Origin: Trueperaceae bacterium
Lineage (GTDB): Bacteria > Deinococcota > Deinococci > Deinococcales > Trueperaceae
Direction: 5' to 3'
Assembly: GCA_965213925.1 (NCBI GenBank)
Contig: OZ243927.1
Location: 1 to 64,000 of the forward strand
Length of the DNA: 64,000 bases
The stretch's first letter is position 1. Each line of letters opens with the position of its first letter. The translations under genes were made by a program, and so were the position numbers. Below the pieces are notes generated by a model. It saw only the letters and a list, made by a program, of their open reading frames with translations. It was not told where the DNA came from and did no database searches. Below, in pieces: positions 45,752 to 53,672 of this stretch.

Positions 45752-45785
45752 TTGACAATTATAGGACACAACATTATTGTTGTGT
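45752..45785 (+). promoter_or_regulatory. Cargo operon promoter with overlapping operator palindrome
   Basis: TTGACA-N17-TATTGT, 6 nt before ATG; ACACAACA-ttat-TGTTGTGT at 45766-45785. Confidence 0.75.
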
Positions 45786-45786
45786 T

Positions 45787-46347
45787 ATGATACCTCTTTT
45801 TGAAGCCAATGGGAATCTTCCACCGGGGCTTCATGAAGCTACTTGGCAAGAATTTACTTCGAGGTTTGGAGAAACTAAGCACAGGAGGGAGTTGCTTAAA
45901 GGTCTATATATCGCATTAAAAGCTTTGAAGTTGGCAGGATGTAAGCACGCCTATATAGATGGAAGCTTTACTACTACGAAAGCAGTGCCAGACTTTGATG
46001 GTTGTTGGGATGAGGAAGGAGTCAATGTAGAACTACTATTTGCCACGGAACCCGCTCTTCTTCAGTTTGACAATAAAAGGGCGGCACAGAAAGCAAGATT
46101 GCCAGACGACTTTGATGGTTGTTGGGATGAGGAAGGAGTCAATGTAGAACTACTATTTGCCACGGAACCCGCTCTTCTTCAGTTTGACAATAAAAGGGCG
46201 GCACAGAAAGCAAGATTCGGGGGTGAACTTTTTCCCTCTGGATTTCCCGCCGATAAACAACAGAGAACATTTCTTCAGTTCTTTCAGATAGATAGGGATG
46301 GTAATCCGAAGGGAATTATAGTTCTCGCATTGGAGAGCTTGCCATGA
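45787..46347 (+). CDS. Nucleotidyltransferase-fold protein (DUF6932-like) with internal duplication
   Basis: GNLPPG.H, IDGSF...P(D)DFD pol-beta-like motif, PKGII C-terminus. Confidence 0.65.
   Translation: MIPLFEANGNLPPGLHEATWQEFTSRFGETKHRRELLKGLYIALKALKLAGCKHAYIDGSFTTTKAVPDFDGCWDEEGVNVELLFATEPALLQFDNKRAAQKARLPDDFDGCWDEEGVNVELLFATEPALLQFDNKRAAQKARFGGELFPSGFPADKQQRTFLQFFQIDRDGNPKGIIVLALESLP
45991..46217 (+). repeat. 110-bp exact direct repeat, period 117 bp, in frame
   Basis: 45991-46100 identical to 46108-46217. Confidence 0.95.
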
Positions 46348-47801
46348 TCAAGAATGAGCGACAATACAAGATCACAAAGAATCAAGCAGAGCGTTTTCAA
46401 GCTGCTTTAGAAGACTTAACTCGCACTCAAAATAAAGCGGACATTCACCCTATTCTACTCAAAGCTCAACAAGAGTCTTTAAGTAGTCAATTGGATGATC
46501 TCCTCGAGGAGATTGAAGAATACGAAGCTTTGCAAAGTGGTCACTACTCAGTTGTTGAACTAACCTCGCTAGAAAACTTCGCTCTTGCATTGATTCAAGC
46601 TCGTATAGCTGCAGGACTCACTCAGAATGACCTTGCTGCAAAATTGGGAATGAGAGAGCAGCAAATTCAAAGATATGAAGCAACGGAATATGCATCAGCG
46701 AGCCTTGCTGTCATACAAAAAGTGATTGATGCATTGGGAATAAGTATTCGAGAGGATATATTCTTACCAGGTGTCGATGTATCCCTCAAAAAGTTGTTCA
46801 GCCGATTAAGCAGTATTGGTATTGATCGCGAGTTCGCAACTAAAAGGCTTATACCAACTTCTATCGATCCTGACTTAGAAGAGTACGATGGAAGTCAGGT
46901 AGCTCTACAAATTGCAGCTAATGTGAACCGTGTCTTCGGTATTAGCGCTTCCCAAATCTTTGGAGATAGCACTTTGTTGCTTCCTAGTACGCCCTTAGTA
47001 GCTGCTCGTTTCAAAAAGTCGGAAGTAGTTAATGAGAATCGATTACATGCGTTTACGGTATATGCGCATTACATTGCGGCATTAGTTTTTGATGCCGTAC
47101 AACATCTACCGAAGAGAGCTATTCCCAATGAAGCTGATTTTGTTAGAGAAGCCATTCTGTCAACTGAGGGTACTATTTCTTTTGAAAGCGCTTTGAAGTA
47201 CGCATGGAGTTTAGGTATAGCAGTGATTCCTCTAGCTGACGCAGGGGCTTTTCATGGAGCATTCTGGCGCATAAGGGGGCGTAATTTGATCATACTAAAG
47301 CAACGAAATCAATCACAGGTCAGATGGCTCTTTGACCTTCTCCACGAGATGTATCACGCTGCTCAAGAACCTGAAGCTGAAGAAAGAATGATCATCGAAG
47401 AGGAAGAAATCACGCACTCTGAAGGGGGTTCGGATGATTTCAGCGATTCCGAATGGGAAGAGGTTGAAGCAAGCGATTTTGCAGATGATGTTGTGCTTGC
47501 TGGTATAGCGGATGATCTTGCTAAGCGTGCAGTTGAGCGAGCTAACGGTAGAACTGAGCGCTTGAAAGCTGTTGTGCCTCAAATTGCAGAGGAGGCAAAT
47601 GTACCCGTTGATTCTTTGGCTAATTACATTGCTTATCGTCTATCCCTACAAGGTATGGATTGGTGGGGTGCTGCCACGAATCTTCAGCAAATTGAGCCGC
47701 AGCCTTGGGAGATCGCACGAGAGTTTTTGATAGCGAATGTAGACCTCTCAAAAATTAACCCCATTGATCAAAAACTGCTTATGCAGGCTATAAGTTATTA
47801 G
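46344..47801 (+). CDS. XRE HTH plus ImmA/IrrE-type Zn metallopeptidase
   Basis: ARIAAGLTQNDLAAKLG..QQIQRYE HTH; FDLLHEMYH (HExxH); EVEASDFA. Confidence 0.85.
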   Translation: MIKNERQYKITKNQAERFQAALEDLTRTQNKADIHPILLKAQQESLSSQLDDLLEEIEEYEALQSGHYSVVELTSLENFALALIQARIAAGLTQNDLAAKLGMREQQIQRYEATEYASASLAVIQKVIDALGISIREDIFLPGVDVSLKKLFSRLSSIGIDREFATKRLIPTSIDPDLEEYDGSQVALQIAANVNRVFGISASQIFGDSTLLLPSTPLVAARFKKSEVVNENRLHAFTVYAHYIAALVFDAVQHLPKRAIPNEADFVREAILSTEGTISFESALKYAWSLGIAVIPLADAGAFHGAFWRIRGRNLIILKQRNQSQVRWLFDLLHEMYHAAQEPEAEERMIIEEEEITHSEGGSDDFSDSEWEEVEASDFADDVVLAGIADDLAKRAVERANGRTERLKAVVPQIAEEANVPVDSLANYIAYRLSLQGMDWWGAATNLQQIEPQPWEIAREFLIANVDLSKINPIDQKLLMQAISY

Positions 47802-47810
47802 GAGTTTACA

Positions 47811-48434
47811 ATGACAAAGCAAAGGCGTAAGAAAAGCGACCTTGAACCCCTGAAAATTTCTTGTACTAGTTCGAATTGCGATGAAGATTTACATTGCTTC
47901 AAAGCTACTAGACGAATGAAATTGGACGATGAAATAGGCATGTGTCGTTCTTGTGGCGTTGATCTTGTAGAGTGGGATCGCTTGAATGAGCGTAACTTAA
48001 ATGATGTCGCATATACTTTCGAAGCGTTGAGGAGAGAGCTTATAAGACATTTCTTTTGGCATGTGGATATAGATCAGAAGGCTATAAACTACGCCCGTCG
48101 TAAAGGTAAAAAAGGGATGAAAGAAGCCGTTCGCAAACGCATAGAAAGCTCAGTTGGTCCAGAGCAACCTTATCGCGACGGAACTCAAACTAAAATGCAA
48201 GATTGTGGCAACCCAATTCACTATGCACAACATGCAACCGCCTCGTGCTGTCGCACTTGCATCGAGTACTGGCATGGGATACCAAAAGGGCGTGAATTAA
48301 GTGGAGAAGAAGTAGAATACCTGTCTCAGTTAGTCATCTTGTATGTAAACGAAAGACTACCTTTTCTTTCTGAAAACGGAGAGAAGGTAGCGCCGATTCG
48401 TAAACCAAAACAGAAGGAATTGAGTGCTAAGTAA
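47811..48434 (+). CDS. DUF4186-like Cys/His-rich protein with extra N-terminal Cys cluster
   Basis: PIHYAQHATASCCRTCIEYWHGIPKGREL; CTSSNC..HC and CRSC. Confidence 0.75.
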   Translation: MTKQRRKKSDLEPLKISCTSSNCDEDLHCFKATRRMKLDDEIGMCRSCGVDLVEWDRLNERNLNDVAYTFEALRRELIRHFFWHVDIDQKAINYARRKGKKGMKEAVRKRIESSVGPEQPYRDGTQTKMQDCGNPIHYAQHATASCCRTCIEYWHGIPKGRELSGEEVEYLSQLVILYVNERLPFLSENGEKVAPIRKPKQKELSAK

Positions 48435-49460
48435 ATGGGTTCAGCAAAAGCTATAAATACTGAGTCTGTATCTGCAAGTTATCGCTCAAAAGCTATCGAT
48501 TTAACAAATAAACGAATACTCATCACCAATTTCTTAGACACAGAACAGGAAAAAGACCTTACAACCCCGCCAAACTGTAACGGTTTTGGAAGAATAAGAC
48601 ATTTCCGCCGCCAGACAAGCGATGGTTGGCCTGTCAACCCGCTTCCTATAGACCCGGCGAGTAAGGCTCTAGGCTTATCGCATAGCGATATGATTAGGGC
48701 TCAGGTTTTCCAGAATGCTGTTTGCAATTGGAGATGTTTTTACTGCTTCGTCCCCTTCAGTCTGCTTTCGGCTAATTCTAAGTATTCAGACTGGCTTTCT
48801 GCGTCCGAACTGATGGGTCTCTATCTCGAGCAAAGCACTCCACCATCAATTATTGATCTCACTGGTGGACAACCCGATTTAGTACCCGAGTGGCTTGTAT
48901 GGATGATGCAAGAAATTACTGATCGTAAACTTGAGGAGAAAGTATATCTTTGGTCAGACGATAATCTCAGCACCGACTACTTTTGGAAATACCTTTCGAG
49001 TCGCGAGATTGATCTGATTCAGAACTATGAAGCTTATGGTCGCGTATGCTGCTTCAAAGGTTTCAATGAGTCTTCGTTTGCCTTCAATACACTGGCTGAG
49101 CCTAGCTTATTCTTCCAACAGTTTGAATTGATGAAAAGGCTGCTTTCGCTAAACCTTGATTTGTACTGTTACGTCACCTTCACCACACCTTCTCCCAAAT
49201 ATATCGAACGCGATATGAGTGATTTTATTGATCGGTTGCAAGAACTTGACGAACAGCTACCTTTGAGAACAATTCCTCTCGAAATACAAGTATTTACACC
49301 CGTAGAAAAACGCCTCAAAGATATTCATAGAACGGCGCTGGACAATCAACAAATTGCTGTGCGAGCTTGGCAGGCTGAGTTAGAGCAACGTTTTTCTCAG
49401 GAGGAACGCACACTCAACATAACAGCTATCAAGCTTAGGTCTAGGCAAAGATATAGTTAA
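48435..49460 (+). CDS. Radical SAM protein of unknown function
   Basis: CNWRCFYC (CxxxCxxC); IDLTGGQP (GGEP-like). Confidence 0.9.
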   Translation: MGSAKAINTESVSASYRSKAIDLTNKRILITNFLDTEQEKDLTTPPNCNGFGRIRHFRRQTSDGWPVNPLPIDPASKALGLSHSDMIRAQVFQNAVCNWRCFYCFVPFSLLSANSKYSDWLSASELMGLYLEQSTPPSIIDLTGGQPDLVPEWLVWMMQEITDRKLEEKVYLWSDDNLSTDYFWKYLSSREIDLIQNYEAYGRVCCFKGFNESSFAFNTLAEPSLFFQQFELMKRLLSLNLDLYCYVTFTTPSPKYIERDMSDFIDRLQELDEQLPLRTIPLEIQVFTPVEKRLKDIHRTALDNQQIAVRAWQAELEQRFSQEERTLNITAIKLRSRQRYS

Positions 49461-49480
49461 TGCTTTACTTAGAATAGCTT

Positions 49481-50011
49481 ATGATCAATCCTTCAGTCGA
49501 GCTTTATACGAAGCTCAAGAAAGCTGTATCAGGTGATGTCAAGTGGGAACATCGTATAGAAGCCCTGTCCCATCTCTACAATAGTGGAAATTCCACCCTT
49601 CACATTGCAATATTTATTGAGCCATTTCTTCAATTTGTACTTGATGGAACAAAAACATTGGAGTCACGTTTTTCGGTAAATAAACAAGCACCGTACTTAA
49701 CCTTAAATAGATACGATATCGTTTTAGTAAAACGGTCTGGAGGACCAATCGTAGCCATATCGTATGTAGAAGATGTTTGGTACTACGAACTAGACCCTTC
49801 TACCTGGAATACTATAAAAGATGATTTTTCTGTTCCTTTATGTATAAACAACACCTCTTTCTGGGATCAGAAATCTGCATCACAGTATGCAACTTTGATG
49901 CGGTTAGTCGATGTATTCCCTATTTCACCTATCGAATATAAGAAGCGTGATCAGCGAGGATGGGTAATTGTTGATTTAGAGCCTGTACAAGCGTATATGC
50001 TAGAGCTATGA
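49481..50011 (+). CDS. ASCH/PUA-like domain protein
   Basis: EPFLQFVLDGTKTLESR (GxKxxExR); DQRGW near the C-terminus. Confidence 0.75.
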   Translation: MINPSVELYTKLKKAVSGDVKWEHRIEALSHLYNSGNSTLHIAIFIEPFLQFVLDGTKTLESRFSVNKQAPYLTLNRYDIVLVKRSGGPIVAISYVEDVWYYELDPSTWNTIKDDFSVPLCINNTSFWDQKSASQYATLMRLVDVFPISPIEYKKRDQRGWVIVDLEPVQAYMLEL

Positions 50012-50565
50012 GCACTGTAGTAGTGAGTTTTGCTGGAGCAATAGCAAGCGGAAAAACGACGCTGACAGTAGAAGTGGCGCGGCTACTTAACTGCAAACGA
50101 GTAAGCTTTGGGGATCAAGTTCGTGCTATTGCATTGAAGTGCGGTAAAGAGCCCTCACGCGAAAATCTGCAAGCGATTGGCGAACAGCTAGTAACATACG
50201 ATATTGAGAATTTTTGCCGCGCAGTTCTCAAGCAAGGAGTATGGAAGCCAGGTCGATCTTTAGTAGTTGACGGTATCCGCCATAAAGAAGTACTAGATAC
50301 ATTGAAGATGATAGTCGCTCCGGCAAAGTTGGTACTGGTGTTTATTGATGTAAACCAAAGTACCCTTAGAGAACGTATTGAAGATAGAGCGCTATCAAAT
50401 AGAGAAATTGATGATATCCGACAGCACTCTACAGAAGTACAAGTAAGAAATGTTCTCCCTCTTGTAGCAGACCTTACGCTAGACGGTCGTAAATCGGTTG
50501 ACAAGTTGTCCAAAGAAGTAGTCGACTGGCTTTCTATGTACTCAATTCGAAACAATAAAATCTGA
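50008..50565 (+). CDS. P-loop kinase, NMP/dephospho-CoA kinase-like
   Basis: GAIASGKTT Walker A, SFGDQVR, VVDGIRH, LRERIEDR lid. Confidence 0.85.
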   Translation: MSTVVVSFAGAIASGKTTLTVEVARLLNCKRVSFGDQVRAIALKCGKEPSRENLQAIGEQLVTYDIENFCRAVLKQGVWKPGRSLVVDGIRHKEVLDTLKMIVAPAKLVLVFIDVNQSTLRERIEDRALSNREIDDIRQHSTEVQVRNVLPLVADLTLDGRKSVDKLSKEVVDWLSMYSIRNNKI

Positions 50566-50632
50566 GCAACCCAATACAACATGCCGATTACATACCCTTT
50601 TTATATTGGAAGTGGAGATAGATATTCGATTT

Positions 50633-51415
50633 TCAGGCAATCTTCCACACCTCATCAACCGCTCGAGTCACATCCACCGTAAAATGAGATCGTCTTTTGG
50701 TATCGTGAATGTTACGTAGCGGGTTTATCTCAATCACTTCATCAATATGGTGCATCGCCCAAGCTTCTGCGATAAGCCTCTCGAGTAACGGCACTTTGCG
50801 CGGCATACCCTGAGTACCGCCAAGAATAGTGTTAGAACTTACCTCTCGCTTTTCGTGAAAGTAGTCTTTGTAGTCGATAAATATGCCTGATGCTCTGAGC
50901 GCCCGCTCAACATCTATAACCTCATGCTTGCTCGTAAACTTATCAAGCTCGTTGATTTTGTACCAAAAGTTTCCTAGTGCTGTCATTTCGAGTTTTCTTG
51001 GTTTTTCTTGTTCCTTGAGCAATCCCAAAAGCGTCCACATTTGCTCATACGCGCTTTTCTTTCGCTCTTCAAGCTCTCTTTTAGGAACATTAAGCCCAGC
51101 TAGGTCGTAAGCAGGGTAAATCGTAAAGGTAACGGGTCTTTCCCAGCACTTAGCAAGAATTTCTAAAGTACTAGGTCTATGCTGTAGATAACGATAGGCT
51201 ACAGCACCCTCACGAAGTTTGCGCTTCTCTTGACGTGTGATAATCGCTAGTACGTAAAGGGCGAACGCTTCATCTAGGGTGAAGCTACCTCTCTGACCAT
51301 AGTTTCCCGGCGAGCTTGGCGGCGGGACGTAACCCCTATTCCACCAGCTATAAATAGTAACCGCCGGAGTCTCGAGAAGCCTCTCCAACTCATCGCGGTC
51401 TATACGCTTCTCCAC
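50633..51415 (-). CDS. Putative regulator with N-terminal MerR-like HTH
   Basis: ELERLLETPAVTIYSWWNRGYVPP...FTLDE; divergent from the xis-int unit. Confidence 0.55.
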   Translation of the reverse strand: MEKRIDRDELERLLETPAVTIYSWWNRGYVPPPSSPGNYGQRGSFTLDEAFALYVLAIITRQEKRKLREGAVAYRYLQHRPSTLEILAKCWERPVTFTIYPAYDLAGLNVPKRELEERKKSAYEQMWTLLGLLKEQEKPRKLEMTALGNFWYKINELDKFTSKHEVIDVERALRASGIFIDYKDYFHEKREVSSNTILGGTQGMPRKVPLLERLIAEAWAMHHIDEVIEINPLRNIHDTKRRSHFTVDVTRAVDEVWKIA

Positions 51416-51511
51416 GCCACACTTTACCTGTTACAATGTGAAATTCTTTACCCTAGATAGTATCTTGCGATTTACTACAAGGTAAGATAAGCTGTAACCA
51501 CCCGATAGGAG

Positions 51512-51790
51512 GTGGTAACGCTGTCTACTAAACTGGCACGCATAAGAAGCGAAACTCACCAGCAAGTTACGGAGCTTGCTGAAAGGGAGGGCGTTTCGTT
51601 CGCTGATGCTTTAGAACAGCTTGTGAGGCGCGAAGGCGAAACAGCCGATGCGACCCCGCCAGAGTCCAAAGCGAACGGTCCCATTGAATACGAGGAGCTA
51701 CCACAAGACGAAGAAAGCTCTTCTTTCGGCTCTATCGCAGTAGCGGTTATTGGAGGGCTTATAGGATTAACCCTACTGACACGACGCTAG
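51512..51790 (+). CDS. Small protein with RHH-like N-terminus and C-terminal TM helix
   Basis: LARIRSETHQQVTELAEREGVSFADALEQLV; IAVAVIGGLIGLTLL; AGGAGG nearby. Confidence 0.55.
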   Translation: MVTLSTKLARIRSETHQQVTELAEREGVSFADALEQLVRREGETADATPPESKANGPIEYEELPQDEESSSFGSIAVAVIGGLIGLTLLTRR

Positions 51791-51914
51791 ACCAAAAGTA
51801 AAAAAGCCCGGATGCCACCGGACTTTCTACCGAGTCACCGCGCGGTTACGCAGACTCTTTGCTTCCTAGCTATAGAGTAACACAAATTGCGTGGTGAATT
51901 CGAAAGGATTTGTC

Positions 51915-52070
51915 ATGCAATTTTTCATAGAGAGATTTCCTAAGCATTATCGCTTTCGTGTTCGTAACTTGCTCTTTGCCATGAAGCATGGTTTACCCGC
52001 GTGTAAGCGTTGGGCAAGAAGCGAACTAAAGCAACTAATAGACGACGCAAATTCAAGGCGTACTAGATGA
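51915..52070 (+). CDS. 51-aa basic hypothetical protein (absent from ORF track)
   Basis: AAAGGA SD; MQFFIERFPKHYRFRVRNLL...; ATGA overlap with xis. Confidence 0.55.
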   Translation: MQFFIERFPKHYRFRVRNLLFAMKHGLPACKRWARSELKQLIDDANSRRTR

Positions 52071-52294
52071 GTACTTCGGCGGCGAAGCTGGAAAACTCAG
52101 ATAAACTCGAGCGTGAAGCCTACACCGTTGCTGAAGTGTCGCAAATGTTCGGCATGTCCTGTAACGCGATCTACGCTTACGTTCGTGCCGGGGACATTCC
52201 CCATAAGCGTCTCGGAAACCGCATCCTCATCCCTAAAAAGCTCTTCCACGCATGGTTAAACAGCGCTGACGCTTGGGAATCCTCCAATGGGTGA
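52067..52294 (+). CDS. Excisionase-like HTH protein
   Basis: YTVAEVSQMFGMS..AIYAYVRAGDIPHKRLGNRILIP; overlaps integrase start. Confidence 0.85.
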   Translation: MSTSAAKLENSDKLEREAYTVAEVSQMFGMSCNAIYAYVRAGDIPHKRLGNRILIPKKLFHAWLNSADAWESSNG

Positions 52295-53438
52295 GGGTAA
52301 GCGCAAGAAGAAGCGAAGTAGGGGTAACGGAGAGGGCTCAATCTACCAACTTGAAAACGGTACTTGGCGGGGACACGTTACGCGCGGTTACAACGATAAA
52401 GGTCGGCAAATCAAGAAGTGGTTTAGAGGACGCACGCGGCGTGATGTAGCCAAACAGCTTAACCAGTACCTGATGCGTTCGGGCTCACGCCTTATCTCTA
52501 TGCCTGAGAAGGTCACGGTACGTGAATGGCTCGAGCGCTACGCTTTGGAGAAAGAAGTCAAGGAGAAGACACGCGAAAGCTATCACTGGATTATACACAA
52601 TCACGTCTTTCCTGTGCTCGGAGAGATGCAGCTTTCCAAGGTGACACCGCTTCATCTCAGACAGTTTCACGCCGCACTGACAGAAAAAGAGCTTTCGGCG
52701 GACTATCGGCGCAAAATCTACTACTTCCTCAATGGAGCGTTTAGAACTGCGTTGCGCGTCGAATTGATAGAGCGTAACCCCGTCAAAGCGTTAGACCCGC
52801 CAAAATCCGCACCGCCGAAAGAAACGCCGATGTGGACGGCAAAAGAAGCGGCGGCGTTTATGAAGCATGTCAAAGAGGAACGACTATACAACGCTTACTA
52901 CATCATGCTCGCTTTAGGGTTGCGTGCTGGAGAGTGTTTCGGGCTCATGTGGGATGACCTCGAGGGCGACGCGCTTCACATAAGAAGAACGCTTACAGTT
53001 GTGAGGCACGAACTTTCTCTCGAGGCACCGAAAACGCCTAGCTCACTTCGAACGCTCTACCTATCGCCCGATCAGATTGAAATTTTTAGGTGTCAGCGTG
53101 AACAACAGAGGCTCGAGCGCAGCACCGCGAAGAGGTGGATGAAGAGCAATTTAATTTTCACTTCAAACGTAGGAACGCCGCTCAGCTTTCGTAACGTCCG
53201 CCGACGCCTTGACCAACTGACAGACCGCGCGGCGGTGACGAGGATAGGGTTACACGGTTTTAGACACACCTACGCGACGTTAGCGTTACTCAGTGGTCTA
53301 CCGCTGAAGGTTGTTTCAGAACGCTTAGGTCATAGCGACATCCGCGTTACCTCACGCATCTATGAGCACATCCACGACAAGCAGCGCCGCGCCGCCGCGC
53401 TGTCGTTGGATGAACTTCTCGAGGAGGTTGAAAAATGA
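52287..53438 (+). CDS. Tyrosine integrase
   Basis: RGNGEGSIYQ arm-binding N-terminus; GLRAGE, PKT, HGFRH, LGH, IYEH catalytic residues all intact. Confidence 0.96.
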   Translation: MGEGKRKKKRSRGNGEGSIYQLENGTWRGHVTRGYNDKGRQIKKWFRGRTRRDVAKQLNQYLMRSGSRLISMPEKVTVREWLERYALEKEVKEKTRESYHWIIHNHVFPVLGEMQLSKVTPLHLRQFHAALTEKELSADYRRKIYYFLNGAFRTALRVELIERNPVKALDPPKSAPPKETPMWTAKEAAAFMKHVKEERLYNAYYIMLALGLRAGECFGLMWDDLEGDALHIRRTLTVVRHELSLEAPKTPSSLRTLYLSPDQIEIFRCQREQQRLERSTAKRWMKSNLIFTSNVGTPLSFRNVRRRLDQLTDRAAVTRIGLHGFRHTYATLALLSGLPLKVVSERLGHSDIRVTSRIYEHIHDKQRRAAALSLDELLEEVEK

Positions 53439-53604
53439 ATTTGACATACGCTGTTACTGGCTGCTTCGTGGCTGCTACGGAAACCCGAAAGACCTGTGAA
53501 GAGGGCAACGCGCCCCTTCACTCCTCTTCACAGGTCTTTCGGGAAAGCTGTGCAGCACGGGAAAACGTCATCACTTTATGCTTACTGGTAAAAGGGAGCG
53601 AGAA

Positions 53605-53672
53605 CCTTACAAGGAGGATGTCGGCGGTTCGAGCCCGTCATCGCCCACTCAAAAATAAGCGTCAGAGACGCA
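53605..53672 (+). repeat. attR (duplicated 3' half of tRNA-Val)
   Basis: ccttacaaggaggatgtcggcggttcgagcccgtcatcgcccactcaaaaa identical to 44147-44197. Confidence 0.95.

Larger units (their letters stand above)
44147..53672. mobile_element. Integrative element (repeat-to-repeat 9458 bp) with HUH Rep, Xis, tyrosine integrase and AT-rich cargo
   Basis: Flanked by direct repeats of the tRNA-Val 3' half; integrase adjacent to the right repeat. Confidence 0.93.

Noticed and set aside
45991..46217. Possible CRISPR array or DGR template/variable repeat pair
   Set aside because: Only two identical in-frame copies, no spacers, no adenine-specific differences, and no cas or reverse transcriptase gene in the window.
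44147..53672. Complete prophage or ICE
   Set aside because: No recognisable structural, packaging, lysis or conjugation genes.
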